Source: the human T2T-CHM13v2.0 reference genome, Homo sapiens
Assembly: GCF_009914755.1 (NCBI RefSeq)
Contig: NC_060934.1
Reading direction: 5' to 3' (one strand)
Length of the DNA stretch: 64,000 bases
Below are positions 29,501-46,503 of the stretch, in pieces. Below the pieces are notes generated by a model. The model did not search any database. It was not told the DNA's origin and worked only from the letters and a program-made list of their open reading frames with translations. The translations under genes were made by a program, and so were the position numbers. How positions within the stretch are numbered: position 1 is the stretch's first letter; every line of letters begins with the position of its first letter.

Positions 29501-32056
29501 ATTCTAGGAACCTACTCTGGTTTTAAAAGTGAGAAACTTAAGAGTTATTTGGTTTTGGATGAGAAATTTCAAGAATCTGGTTCTATTTACTAGGCTTTTG
29601 AGTTGACAAACATTTAGAATTTGGTTCCCCTACTAACCTTTGTTACCACAGAAAGTTTTTTAGTTTTCAGTGAGAATAAAAAACATTTAAAATATTGTAT
29701 TTATCTACCATGATACTGTAAAGGGTTATTGAATGAGGCATGTCAGTTGATGGAGTAAGATCATGGAGACTTTTCTCTGTTAATAAATTCTCCCCTCTTA
29801 TGGCAGACTTCAAAGACCCCTTGGTGAAAGATTCAGCCATTTTGTTACAATGGATCAACTTTCTTCCATAGGGAAAGCAGTGATGTAAAGGAGAAAAAGG
29901 GATGGTCTTGTTTACTTCCATTTTTTTTTTTAAAGGTTAGCTGCCTCATTTTATCTGCAGCTGCATACAGGAAATTAAAATTTTATCAGAAGGTTTTGAA
30001 GTTCTTTGTAATCAGACATGATCACTACTTGGAGGAAAATGTTCACTTCTGCTGGCCTTGCTGTAGCAGTGGCCATAGGAATGGAATAGGCAAGGGATAA
30101 AATGTTGATACCATCCCTCCCCATTTTACAAGGATGTGAGTAAATGGGGGCTATTCTTCACTCTTAGTGGAAATAAAAATGATATAGCCTTTTGTTATTT
30201 ATTAAAATTTTAAATATCTATATCATCTGACACATAAATATTTTCACATGTGCACAAAGATACATGTCTAGGGGTATTCATTACATAATTCTTTTTTAAA
30301 AAATTAAATGCCATCAGTTGAGCAATGATTGGAGAGATAATGGTACACATGACATGAAACACTTTACAATGGTTAAATAGAATGAGGTATATCTGTGTTT
30401 ACTCAGCATAAAAATATTTCTATCATCTGTTATATGGGGGAGGGGAGAAGCATATAGAATGATCTCATTTATATGAAAGCAAACACATAAACATAAGAAA
30501 TCCCTGTATTTTTATACATATAAATAAGTGCTTAGAGACAGGTCTCAATAGGTATGTATCAGACTATAAACCATGGTTATCTAAGGAAAATAGGAAGATA
30601 CATTTATATATTTTATAACTAAAAGTGATGTGGTGGGGTGGGAGGAATGCAGAAAGTTGGAATTGTTAGTAGTTCCTTCCCGGCTGATACCTAAGCATGG
30701 ACTGCTCAGAAGTTGGGTATCCCAGAAAAATTCCTGCAAATATTTGTAGAATGATTAATTTGTATTCAGATAGACCAGATGAACATATATATTTTTCAAT
30801 TATGTCCAATAAAGTCTGTGTTTCATAGACATGCTATTTTATAAAATAAGAATGGGTTGAAGAAAATAGATTTTTATGGGCCTTTCATATAATTTTTTGT
30901 ATCTTGTTCCTAATGGAAAGGAGGATAAATAATGAAATGTTTTAGTTTCTGTAATTATTAAGAAAGTATGAATTAATGCCTATTGTATGCTTAGCACTGA
31001 AACCAATTCTGTGGAGAGAAGTATAGCAAAGCTCCTCACTTACTGGGTTTTCAGTCTGGTGAGGGAGATAACTAATCCATGAAACAGTTAACATAAGACC
31101 AAATATAATTAATTGCCAACTTACGGTGAAAACAGTGTGCTGGTATATCCAGTTTACAGAGAGGTCGGTAAGAGCTTGATAAAATGACTAAGAATGGCTC
31201 AATGAACAAATGCATTGGACTCAGTATGGAAGAAAAATGCAGTCCATGAGCACAACAGTGAGGACAGTCAAACAGCATGAAGGTGAGAATGAGCACAGCA
31301 TGGTTCTGTGACAAGGAAACAAGCTAAGTGGAGCAAAGTCAATGAAGATCTTGAAGGCAGATTTGTTGATAGGGAGCCAACCAAGTTGGATTCACCAACT
31401 AGCTGGTGACTGTGACAAGTTACTTCACAAATGTTATGGTAAAGTCCCTGCTGATTACCCTCAGATGGCTCTTACTGCTGCTTCCTAGGTATCTTTTTCA
31501 TTTCTTTTTATCAAATGTCACAGGATGGCTATCTAAAACTTAAAACCACCATACTCATTTTTTTCACAATTTAGCTTATGTGTTCTCTTTATGGAGAAGA
31601 TGACCCTTACAGTGTAAAGTGCCCAGACTTCTTACTTCTACATTTATTTTCCCTCTTTGCTTATCTTTTGTTCATTCTCTCCTGTTCCTAGAGACAGAGA
31701 TGTTCCTTCTTTCTAAGATTAACTTTTTCACTTTCTTTATAAAGCCAGCTTTGATCCTTTGTGTTGGAAGTTGTCTCCCCCATCTCTAAACATTCAGAGA
31801 TTTTGTTCATACTTCTTTTAGGGTATTATCATAGTCAACTAAGTATTATAGTTATTTGTGAAAATATACCACTGTACTGTAAGCCTCTTGAGAGAAGAGA
31901 CTATGTCTTGTGTGGCACTATGCAATTATACAGCAGTTAAACAATAAGTAGCTAGCTTGATGGGTGGAGGTATATTACGGGAACCCCTAGAAGCTAGCAA
32001 AGAATGTTTACATTTGATACAATAGGAAATAGGTTGTTTTTAGTATAAATGTTTTT

Positions 32057-32352
32057 GGCCAGGTGCAGTGGCTCACGCCTGTAATCCCAGCATTTTGGGA
32101 GGCTGAGGTGAGTGGATCACTTTAGCATAGAGATCGAGACCAGCCTGGGCAACATGGCGAAACTCTATCTCTACAAAAATACAAAAATTAGCTGGGTGTG
32201 GTGGTGCATGCCTGTAGTCCGTGCTACTCCAGAGGCTAAGGTGGGAGGATCACCTTAGGCCGGGGAGTTTGAGGCTGCAGAGAGCCATGATTGCGCCACT
32301 GCATTCCAGCATGGGCGACAGAGTCAGACTCTGTCTCTTAAAAAAAAAAAGA
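32057..32352 (+). mobile_element. AluJ
   Basis: ggccaggtgcagtggctcacgcc...A tail. Confidence 0.9.
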
Positions 32353-33808
32353 AATGATGAGGGTGGGATTGGAGAAGGGACAAACATGAGAAATATATTT
32401 TGAGAATACAAATAGAATTTTGTGACTGACTTGGAAGGGATGAAACTGATACTAGAAAACATTTTTAACTAGATAAATATGTACTTATTCCCTTCTATAA
32501 AATACAGTTTTATAGAATACAACCTACCTTTTTAATGTTTCTCAATTTTTGCTTTATTATAATAAACTTTCAGTAAACATCAAATACATATTACCAGTGT
32601 CTGGCTCTGCACTAGAGTTCTGACAGTGGATAACTCACTAAGTGTAAAAATGGACACAGACATGAAATAAACATTTATAATATGGTGTAATCATGATGAT
32701 AGAGGTATTGGCACAGTGCTGTGGGTGCTCCTGTGCACTTGTCGAGAGGTGGGTAGAGCTTTATCACAGAGCATAGAGTTAAGTGAGTTAAGTATCAGGA
32801 AACTAGGAATTCTAAAATGAATTTTGGGCATTTTTATTTTGTTCTTTATTTGGCAAATGGTGTATACTGTTTATTGGCATTTTCCCCTTGGTCTTTGCAT
32901 TGCTAAGATATTACATTTTGAACTTTAAAACAAGTTGACTTAGAAGCCAGAATTAAGTGAAATAACCTGCAATATATAGTCTAATATACTATTAAAAACA
33001 TGTACAGGCATATAATGCAAATTGGTCACATTATATAAAATATCTCTGTAATGTAAAATATTCATCCAAAAGAAAAAGGATAGTGGAAGGATGTCACAAT
33101 TTTTTAAAAAATTAAAATGACTTTAGAACTATAGCTCTATTCTTATCAAAATGTTTTTAAATTTTAAAATATAGAAAATTAGGAAAAATGTAGACAAAAT
33201 GAAACAAATTTTTAATTGTTCTTCCATAATTCTGCCATGCAGAGATAACAATTAGTTTTGATACATTTTCTTTCCCTTTTTTTGCATGCCTGTTTCTTAC
33301 GTTGTTGAAATCATACAAAATGCACAATTTTATCATGCTTTTCCCCCCCCAACTTAACATCATACCTGAAAGTCTTTCACATCTTAAAACTTTTTATAAC
33401 ATAACTTTAGTATGTACAGAATATTGCAGAATATAGACATACTACAGAATGAAAATTATATATTGAACATCTATTATGTATCTGTTAGTCATGGTGCTAA
33501 GTATCTTACGCACGTTATATCTAACCCCTAGAGCTACCCTGTCAGGTATGTGGCATTATTTCCACTTTATGGATAAGGAACAGACACAGAGAGGTTAAGT
33601 AACTTGCCCATGGACATATAAATGATATAAAATACTTTGGTTTTTCTATTACATTGTGATGCTTCCAATTTAAATAATTATTCTTCTGTTATTGAATATT
33701 TAGATTGTCCCTATTTTTGCCATTATATATGACTTAATTAACATATTTTGTCATAAAGCAAATTATTTTCTGCCAACCCAGCTTTTAAGTAACATTTTTA
33801 TTATAGTC

Positions 33809-34108
33809 TTTTTTTTTTTTTTTAATGAGACAAAGCCTTGCTGTGTCACCCAGGCTGGAGTGCAATGGCACAATCTGAGCTCACGGCAAACCTCCACGTC
33901 CTGGGTTCAAGCCATTCTCCTTCCTGAGCCTCCCAAGTAGCTGGGACTATAGGCACACACCACCATGCCCGGATAATTTTGTATTTTTAGTAGAGATGGG
34001 GTTTCACCATGTTGACCAGACTGGTCTCGAACTCCTGACCTCAGGTGATCCGCTTGCCTCGACCTCCCAAAGTGCTGGGATTACAGGTGTGAGCCACCAT
34101 GCCTGGCC
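33809..34108 (-). mobile_element. AluS
   Basis: Poly-T then antisense dimeric Alu. Confidence 0.9.
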
Positions 34109-35266
34109 TAACGCAGTGATAGCAATAGTGAATATTCTCGTTCGTATTTCTAACCTCTAAATTTTCTGGGGCTTTGGAAAGTCACTCAATTTTTTTTTTT
34201 CTCCTGAGGAATTGACACGTCTCACCAGAGTGTCATCAGAAAGACACTGATGAAGTCACTAAGTGAAGCATCCTTAGTTAATTTACAAAGCTTTTTAAAG
34301 ACTAAATTAACTTGTCTTTGCTAAGTGGTAGTTTTTTATTGTTGCTTTTGTACTCCACTTTGTGCCGGTTGGAATCTCACTTAATTAGACCCAGTAAACT
34401 CTTGGCCCAGTTTCCAAACACTATTGTACAAAAGTGATGTATTAGTAAATGAGTATAGCATACCTATGGAATAGTTCTAATTGGAAGAATTGAAGTGGTG
34501 GTTACATTTTTCTGCGTTATAGTTGACAACTTATGGCATAGAATTATGAGTATTTTTTTATTATCAATGACTGATTCTTATCTTGAAAATGTAAAGGCTA
34601 AAAATTAGCTCCAATTACTCATTATGTGTAACTTCACTCACTTGATACTTTCAGCAAGAAGGAAAGATGCAGATGATTGATGACCAAATAAGGATCATGA
34701 GGCATAAGGAGTGCCCTCTTAAGGTGTCAAGGCTTAACTTATGCTATAGACTAATGTATGTTTTCTGTAAGTATTGTAGTAATATTGCATCTAAGAAAGT
34801 AAGTTGATCATATGACAGCTTTTTGAACAATGATTAAAGCAAAAGGAGAGAAATGGACATCAAGAGGTTGTGAAGGCTGAAAGGACTCAAAATACTTATC
34901 TCCAAAAAGTTAAGTGTTGACACAGGCTTCCACTTCTGTAATTTCTAACACTGGAAATAACTGTTTAATTTAAAAGTAAAGGCTACATTTGACATTTTAA
35001 CCTGGCCCATCCAAGTATCTCATAGCAACAGTTGTGATTTGAAGTCAAAAAAGAAATTAATCAGCCACAACAAAATAGTATATTGGATGAAATTCTTGTC
35101 TTGTTAGCTTTTTTTGTATCAAAATTAACTTATTTTTAACGTATATTGTTTGCAGAATTGAATTTGAGTTGAACCATATATGATAGCAGATGTCATTATA
35201 TTCATCATTCATTATATATAGTTGGCCATGTAGTCTTGGCAAGAAAAGTAGAAAATAAAATGCTCA

Positions 35267-35606
<340 letters not shown>

Positions 35607-36227
35607 TTATTCGATAATGACTATTTTGTGCTCAAGCTGGATATGCTTAGATAAAAGAGACTATAACTTTCACTTTGGTTTGTAAGTTTTGGGGAGGGGG
35701 TTGAGAAATTTTTTACCATCAGGCCAAGTTTTCAGTATGGAACCTTTCTGATCTCAGAAAATAATTTATATTTTAAACAATACCAGTTTAGAAATTTGGA
35801 AATTTCTTCTCCAAAATTACGTGTACATACTTATATATAACCACTTGTTCTAAATTGGATCATCATAACATAGAACAAATGGAATAAGTATTGTAAGTTT
35901 AAAATATACACTGCTTTGATGCAGTTAAATTAGGCCTTATCTAAAGATTAACTTGTTAAAGTATGCCAATACTTTATCTAATCGTTCATTTAAAAATTAA
36001 CTTAACAGCTGTGTATTTCATTATTTCTCCGAGACAAGTGAGCATAAAAGTGATTTCAATTTCATCCTAATTGATAGTGTAGTGTGAGTTCCTTGTGCTA
36101 GAAGTTAAGGAACTTGCTGAAACAGTACTTTGAAGTAATTTGTAAATAGTTAGTAGATAGCCTGTGACAGTGAGAGGCTCATCAGATTTTGTAAAAAATA
36201 AATTTCTTTTTTTGTGTGTGTTTACAG

Positions 36228-36358
36228 GAAACCTGTCCAGTTTAAGTCGTCTTGGTCTGAGATATAACAGACTGTCAGCAATACCCAGATCATTAGCAAA
36301 ATGCAGTGCACTTGAAGAATTAAATTTAGAGAACAATAACATTTCTACTTTACCAGAG
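36228..36358 (+). CDS. SHOC2: SHOC2 exon 4, 131 nt
   Basis: tttacag|GAAACCTG...CCAGAG|gtaaga; [43 protein letters not shown]; frame continuous with exon 3. Confidence 0.98.
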
Positions 36359-36971
36359 GTAAGAAGTGGATTAGAGAAAACAAGATTTGAAATGAGTCTG
36401 CAAGATAATTCAAGGAAAGCTAGTAAATCTTTATAGCAGGGTAAATAATTTGGTGATTGAGATTGTTTAAATAATGAGTATGCTGTGAATGTACCACCAC
36501 CGCTGAAGTAACTCCAAACAAGAAAGAATGGGTATATGAACCTATTAAGTTTTATGATTATTATTTTTTTAATGTAAAGAAAAAGGGAAAAACTAGGAGG
36601 AAAGTAAGTGTGCTGTATTCTACTTTAGCACCATGTAAATCTTTCTCATTTCATTTTGGGAACTGACAGTAAAGGTATTAAGGAAAAACTATATGGCTGG
36701 TTTTAAAATTCAGCTACCCCACCCAGTTCAGTTATAAAAAGAAAGATGATAAGTGATACAGAATGCACTATCATCAAAATTAATATTAGCAGCAATTCTC
36801 CTGTGACTCAAATTATTACCTTGTTTATGCAATAATATTAAGGCCTATTTAGTATAGAACAATCGCCAGAATCTTTTTTTTTTTTTTAACACATTTTTAG
36901 GTTTTGTTGATTCTATTAGAAAAATATTTTCACTTATTTTGCTTAGGGATTAATTGGGTAAGATATAATAC

Positions 36972-37273
<302 letters not shown>

Positions 37274-37565
37274 TAATACTCTTCTTTTAAAGTTGTCTTT
37301 ATCAACATTATTAGTCTTTTACTATTGACTTTCTTTTCCCACCTATTTTAGCATGTCGACAATGGATGTTTGCTTATAGTTGTTCAAGCATGTCTTTCTG
37401 TAGTAATGTAACAAAAGAATTGTGGACTTATGGATTGATTGAGCTTTGCAGAGTCTTTTTTTGTAACAAAAATGTCTTACGTAAGTGCTGCTACTATGTT
37501 TTGACTTGGTAGTTTTTCTGAGTATGTGTGTGTGTAATCAAATTAAGAACAAGGGTTCTTTAATA

Positions 37566-37875
37566 AGGTCAGGCGCTGTAGCTCATGCTTGTAATCCCAG
37601 CACTTTGGGAGGCCGAGGCAGGCGGGCGGATCACTTGAGGTTAGGAGCTTGAGACCAGCCTGGCCAACATGGCAAAACCCTGTCTCCACTAAAAATACAA
37701 AAAATTAGCTGGGTGAGGTGGTGGGCACCTGTAATCCCAGCTACTCAGAAGGCTGAGGTAGGGGAATGGCTTGTGGCTTGAACCCGGGAGGCAGAGATTG
37801 CAGTGAGCCGAGGTGACGCCACTGCAGTCCAGCCTGGGCAACAAAGGGAGACTTTGTCTCAAAAAAAAAAAAATA
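37566..37875 (+). mobile_element. AluS
   Basis: Sense dimeric Alu with small internal duplications (ggcgggcgg, ggcttgtggcttg). Confidence 0.9.
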
Positions 37876-39465
37876 AGTGAAAAAATTTAAATGGATATAT
37901 ATCCAGTCTTATTGTCAGTGAAGTGAAACTAATAATTCCTGGGTACCTATTAGGAAATACGGATTTTCCTGGGAGCTTGTTAGAAATGTGGACTCTTGAG
38001 CCTCACTCCCAGTCCCACTGAATATGGGAAAGTATGAAGTCATAATTTAAAAGTAATCAGTGTGCTTTGGAAGCAGCATAGTCCCAATGCAAATGTGAAA
38101 TTATCCGCATTTATAGTAAGGAAAACAATAAAATCCATTAGACAGCACTTATGAGATACTCAAGCTGGGTTAGGCAAGAAATCATGAAAGTGGTTTTCAA
38201 TAAGGGCATATTAAATAGCTGAAATCAGAGCTGCTAAAATGACTATTTTGTCATTTGAAGACTGTCTGAAAATGGACTTATTTTAATGTAGGTGTATACA
38301 TATAGAAAAGGAACTAATAATTTGAACCACATATTCCCAAGGCTTGAGTCTAGTTGCTCTACATGTATTGTCTCATTTAATCTTTATCATAAACCTACTA
38401 GTTATTGGAGTATCCTCATCAAACAGATAGCGAAATAAGGCTTAAGAGAGGTTATATTTTTGGCCAAATTTGTTACTTTAAATATTTTTCTGGAAGTATG
38501 GTAAGAGGTATATTGATTATCTAATTAATCCACCAAAGTTGACAAAACTTAGTAGAAGGTGTAAAATAGAAGCCTAGATGTGTCTCATTCTAACAAAAAA
38601 AAAAAATGATAAGCAACCCCTGCTTCACAATGTGACTAAGAAATGAGAGCTTGAAGAGCTGGCTTCTTGTTGCCCCTTCTCAAATATACTCAGTATTAAC
38701 ATTTTATCATAAGAGTCAATTCAATAAAGTAAGTCAGTTGTAAGAATAAAAAGAATCACATTTTTTGCCATGAGGCTCAGTAAAACTCCTTTATTTTCAA
38801 TCGTGTAGCCTGTAGAGATTTTTCCTGAATTGACTGCCATGCAGTTTTCTTGCCACTGTTTTACCTCTGTTGTTCCTTTTGTTTCTGTACAACAATACAC
38901 AAATTTTAAGGGTAGCTTCTCAAGGTACAGTATAAAGAACAAGTTTCAGTTCTCTGTATAGTTATATCCTCAATTATATAGTTACTTCATTCCTTCAGAT
39001 GGCTTTGCCAATTATACTGTCACCTCAAGTACTAAGTTTTCAATTTGCTGATGGTGGACAACTGAAGTTTGAACATTATTTTAAAAACATACATACCTCA
39101 TACAGTGCTTGCTTCTCCCTGCTTGTGCTTTTACTTTGAATCTAGAGTGTTTCTTCTATTTCTCTGAGTATTTTAAAATGTTTTCATCCTTCAAGATCTA
39201 GCTCACTGTCAACTTTCATCCTATTTTTCCAGTTATTCCAGTTTTCCTTGCTTTGAATTTAAATAGAGAAAGGACTTAAAATTTAAGCACTTACTTCCTA
39301 CTAGGTATTGTTAACTTATTTATGTATTTTATCGCTTTTAGTCTTCACTATGGCCCATAAAATATCATTATTTAAAAAATGATACACTAGGTTCGGAAAA
39401 ATAACTTGCCAAAGTCACAAGCTATTTAAAGATAGAGTCAAGATTCAAAACAGTTTATAGCCTGT

Positions 39466-39626
39466 ACAGGATTTCTCAGATGTTAATGAGCATGCAGATC
39501 ACCTGGGAATCTTGTTAAAATGCATATTATGATTCAGTGGGAGTGGGGCCCAAGAGTCTGCATTTCTCACGAGCTCCCAGGGGATGCTGATATTGCTCTT
39601 CCTTGGCCCAGACTTTGAATAGCAAG
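39466..39626. mobile_element. MER5-type hAT-Charlie DNA transposon fragment
   Basis: atcacctgggaatcttgttaaaatgca...ctgcatttct...ctcccagg motifs. Confidence 0.7.
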
Positions 39627-40365
39627 AGCTTATTATATATAATTGATTATTGATTATATACGGTCGTATATTATTTTCTAATTATTTCTTACCTATGTAC
39701 TTCTATAAATAGAGCTTAATCTTCTTTACCGCAGAGATTCTTTGGTAATACCTGAATATTTTAATACTTTGGTTAAATGGTGAGAGGCTAAAGTAGGGCA
39801 AGATGGGGTTATGTGCTAAGTAAATACTTGTTTAATGGGTACATATATGCCCTCAGAAATTTTACCATATAGAAAAGCGGTGTATTATACAGTATCAGGA
39901 AGCATAATCATCTACTGAATTTAATAGTTCCTAAAAGGAATCTTTATGTTAATCTTAATAATTTAGAGAGAGGTATATGACTAAGACTAGGTAGGATTGG
40001 TCACACAGCCAGTGGCAGAGACAGGGCTCAGACCTGGGACTGTCTGACACTAAAGTTTCTGCAATGTAGAAGTTTCAAATTAGTCACCCATGAGGCACCT
40101 CTCACACACAGACATGTTTTCCTTACTCCATACAGTGTTTTAAATAAATTGAAGCCAAAGAATAAAAATTGGGAAAATTTTCTGTTTCCTCCTATAAAAT
40201 CTGGAAGTCTACATTGGTTCCACATTTCTGCAAGGCACCAAACTGCTAGAACTGTGTAGTGACTGTCCCTGTAGAGAAGTGTCACAGACTGCCCCAACCA
40301 GTCTCTGTCATTTGTCACCCCCCAAAGCCCTTTGAGGCATTTGTGTTGGGACTGCTGTTCTATAA

Positions 40366-40662
<297 letters not shown>

Positions 40663-40794
40663 TAATATTTATGTTTTCTCTAATTGTGTGGGGAGTGGGT
40701 ACTTGTACCTTGCTGATGGGTCTAAACTGATCATAAGACATGTCAGGGTACTTTGTATCAGATAACAAATATCTTAGAACTGAGCATACCCTTA

Positions 40795-41158
<364 letters not shown>

Positions 41159-42056
41159 CTATTTCATAGGTACCAACTTATTAATAGAGATTTAATTTTG
41201 TTAAGTAGTTTATCTTTAGTGGAATACTGTGGAGCCATTAAAAATCATATTTTGGTCTAAAAGAACACTACGTACTAGTTGAAATATTCTCATTTTATCA
41301 AGTGGAAGAAAGTTAAAGCATGTAAAAAATCTCTTCCCACCCAGAATTTTTGAAAGCTGTTTTTAATATGCTTAATTGTATATTAAATATCTTTATATTT
41401 ATACGTATAGCTGGTTTTTGCCAAAATGTTTAGAGATCAGAATTATTTATGGGTGAACGTTAGTTTCCTTTTGCTTACCCACTCTACAGTGATCGAGTTT
41501 CACCTTTGTAATGAAATTCATTGCAAAAGGAGAAAACAAATGGAAAATTATCAAGTTCAGTGATTTAATTTGTACTGGACAAACTTTAGGCCCAAGGAAG
41601 GTAACTGAATTGGCCACATAGCTGATAGTATTCTTCCTGTCATGATGAACCATTTGAACATAGTTGTGGTTCTTTAAACTATAATCTTAAATGTACAATT
41701 TTTAAATTTCATCCACACTTGCTCATAAATATGGTATGTATCTTTTATGATGATTCTTTGGAAGTATATGATAAGTAAACTAATGGAAATTCAAGATACT
41801 CATACAGTTTTAACAATTGTAAAATTTCTTGTTAATCAGTCTGGTTATATGAGATTTAACAGTGGTAATGGTGTTGATTCTGAACATTCATTTTGTAGTA
41901 ATAGGCTTAAAACACAATGGTTCAGGTGTTCATTAGTTTATGCATTTGCATGTAAGTAACAGTAGTAAATTTTTAAAAATGAAAATACTTTATAAATCAT
42001 ACTATAAGTGTCAGTAGTTTAGGCATAGATAGGTACTAAGCTTAAATATTACATAG

Positions 42057-42483
<427 letters not shown>

Positions 42484-43281
42484 GCAAATTTTAAAGATAC
42501 AGATTAACATAAAGGATATAAAATAATACTGCCACTGAGAGGTAGCATCACTGTTAACATACTGACATACATTGTTGGTATTGAGCTGGATGGGGTGTTG
42601 ATTATCCTCTCCCAATACCAATACCCCTAACACATAACATTGTGGTACGAGTTGTTATTGATGAAAGTATACTTTATAAGTGAATAAAAGTGGCATACTT
42701 TTTTTCTGTGGACAGCATTGTCTAATTTTTAAACCAAATTAAGACCATATTTACTGTTTCCTCTGTTTTGGTGATGAATATATTTTACCATTTTTTTCTT
42801 ATGGATTTTTAAAGTGAAATGGTAAATACCTGATTAGTGTTTTAATGATTTAATTTGCTGTCTTTTTAAGACTGTTTTTCCTCCCCTACTTTACTGCTCA
42901 GCACCTTAAGAATTCCTGAGCTCATTCTGGTTTCCTTATGGGCTGTCATTAGATGCGTCTTCTTCTATTGTTTTCATATCTTTATTTGAGCATTTATATT
43001 TTATTCAGTGATTTCTGCATATTGTGAAATTGTAAAAACATCATATTTATCATAGGATCTTTGAAATCTCCAGTGTTTCTCTGTATACTGTGTTTTTCTA
43101 TTTCCATTATAATCACATAAGGAACAAACTTCCAGTTTAACTCCCAAATAAAAGCCTCATTACTGTATAAAAAACTTTGGAGGCTTAGAGTTTTCTGTTG
43201 CTGATTTTTTTTCTTTCTATATTTAAATATCAAAAAGGGGAATAAGATTTTGTTTAATTAAGAATTCTCTTTCCGAAGTGA

Positions 43282-43521
<240 letters not shown>

Positions 43522-44189
43522 TAAAAATTTCAAATTTAAATAAGCAATTTCTATTTGGGTGAATGTCATAATTAGAAATGTTAGAACTCACTTAAACATA
43601 CAACCCTAATAGGATAATGAAGTGTTGACTTAGGTAGTCTAGATTCAGTGCTTTTGAATTTCTCTTGCCTACTACAAGTTGGTGTCTTTGAGTGCCATAA
43701 AGTATTAATATCTCTAAAAGAAAAGTTCTGTAAAAGCATCTTTTAGAACAATTTTTTTCTTTATTCTGTTTAAAAACTACACCATTGTCTACCAAAATAA
43801 TTATCGATTCTCAGACTGTCATTTAGAATGCTTTATCATACTTTTTCATCCTAATTACCGACCTGCTATTTTATTTACTCATTGATTATTGTCTTTGTTG
43901 TAAATCTGGTATGCCTATTTCTAGCCCTCTAATTTTAGTCCTATTGTTTTCTGTATCTAGAATGCCCTCTTCTCATCCCCTTAGTTTTTTTCTTTTAGTA
44001 TGTTTTTCCATAATTAAAGATCCATCTTATTTTCACCTCTTCAGTTAAGGATGATTTCTCCTGCTTCTGAGTTCCTAGAGTTTTCATCCCTTTGATGAAA
44101 ATGCTTACTAATAGTAAATATATTGCTTTTTAAAATTTCCTTCATATCCATGTTTTTTAAAGGTCTAATTTTTAAATTATTTAATAAGG

Positions 44190-44410
44190 TGAAATAGTAT
44201 GGTTTAATGGCTAAAAACATGGGCTTTGAAGTCAAACAAAGCTGAGTGTAAATATCTCTGTATATTTATGTACTTAACTTGCCCAAGCTTCAGTTTCTTA
44301 AGCTGTGAAATGGGGATAATAAGAGTATCTACCTTGTAGAGTTGTAGTTAGGATTAAATGCAATAATGCACATAATGCATTCAGTACAGTGCCTTGCAAA
44401 TAGTAAAATC
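44190..44410 (+). mobile_element. MIR (other MIR remnants at ~2860-3090, 33460-33615, 38340-38460, 39290-39450, 46520-46680)
   Basis: cttcagtttcttaagctgtgaaatggggataataag...gttgtagttaggattaaatg core. Confidence 0.7.
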
Positions 44411-45061
44411 AAGTGGTGACTGCTGTAATTATTTTCTCCATCTTACTGTATATATTTATTATGGGTGGTGTAACATTAGGGAAAATAAATGAACATAAAA
44501 ACTTACCCAGAACCTTACGTATCTGTTTTACCTATTGCTCTTTCTCCCAACCCAGTATTGTCTCCTTACCTTTCTGCTAGTTTGTAACTTTATCGGAACA
44601 AAGGCTATCTTCTCTGCCATTTTAACCCCCTTCAGTATCTTCCAGGATGCTTTCAGTGTAATAAGAACACCACAGATAATAAATAGAGTGGATTGATATA
44701 GCAAGTTTAGAAGGTAGCTTTTACCTTCCTTAAGTAATGGTTTGTAAGGGATTTTGAATAAATAGTTTCCTATTAGATAAACATTTGTAACTATTGAGCA
44801 TTTTTTTGAAATTTCATTAAAATTAAATTGCTTCTTTTGTTTTCATTAGTTTTGATATAATCAAATAAAATCTCTTTTCTAATAACTATGGTGTTTTTTT
44901 AGAAACGTAAGTTAAATATTTTATATGTTATATAATTGAACATCACCCTTAATATTCACTGTTTGGAAAATTAGCATTGCTTAATAGATTTTAAGCCACA
45001 CAATGACAGTATATAATTTCATTTCATGATTTCCTAAACATTATCAATAATTTCTCATTAG

Positions 45062-45220
<159 letters not shown>

Positions 45221-45526
45221 TAGTTTTATAAAGTTTTTGGAATCTGTTCCAAATTCCACATTTCTCTTAAGATTTTGATGTAATTCTTGGATCAGATAGA
45301 CTTTCCTATTCTAGTATTAGGGCTGAGTTTTATGTTCATATAACCTGGCTTTGTTTTCCTAACAAATGGTATTTTGTGAAAGAAAAATATGTAATGTAAG
45401 TGATTCTCATTCTATCCAATCTGGTTTCCCTGTTAATTTATTTTATTGTTTAGACATATTATTTTCAGTTTACATTAAATGTAGGAAATATATTTGTAAC
45501 TCTCTTTTATTTTGTAAATCTTTTAG

Positions 45527-45664
<138 letters not shown>

Positions 45665-46256
45665 TGACTCTGTACTAATAATTTGCTCTTGTGCATTCAA
45701 GCAATATTTCAGATAAATATGACAAATCTATTGTTTTTTAAACTGAGGTTATATCAGGCTTAAGATTTTTTTTTTTAATAGAGCACCGATGGTTGATTGT
45801 TGATTGGTTTTGGTTAGGTTTCCTAAAGGCTGTTAGGATTGGTTTTAAAATTAGTACTGTATTTGAGAATGTTTTGGAATACTTACATTTCCAATAGGTT
45901 TTATGTATAACCTCATTTTAGAAGTTATTTTATATTCCTTCTAAATTTAAAATTACACAGGCTTGAATTAGTAATGTTTTATGCCAAAAGAACATTTATG
46001 AGATTTTAGAATTAATATTAATATTTAACCAATATTAACATTTGGGAATACTTAACATTTTCCAGGTGTTTTCATTTCCATTATTTTATGTAATATACAT
46101 GACCACCTGGAATTTTAGACAGTGCAAGTTGTAATCTTGCTTTATAAAGAGAATTACTTGATTAAGGTAATTAAATGTTAGCTTTTAAATTAGTAATTCT
46201 ATGCATTAATGTTTTCCCATCTATAGTGCACTGTCCCACAGGAACTATAGGTTAGT

Positions 46257-46503
46257 AAACACCGCATGTTCTCCTCATAGGTGGGAATTGAACAATGAGA
46301 ACACTTGGATACAGGGTGGGGAACATCACACACCGGGGCCTGTCGTGGGGTAGCGGGAGGGGGGAAGGATAGCATTAGGAGATATACCTAATGTAAATGA
46401 CTAGTTAACGGGTGCAGCACACCACCATGGCACATGTATACATATGTAACAAACCTGCACGTTGTGTACATGTACCCTAGAACTTAAAGTATAATAAAAA
46501 AAA
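46257..46503 (+). mobile_element. L1PA (PA4-6-like) 3'-terminal fragment, sense to SHOC2
   Basis: caccgcatgttctc...ggtgggaattgaacaatgagaac...aacttaaagtataataaaaaaaa. Confidence 0.9.
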
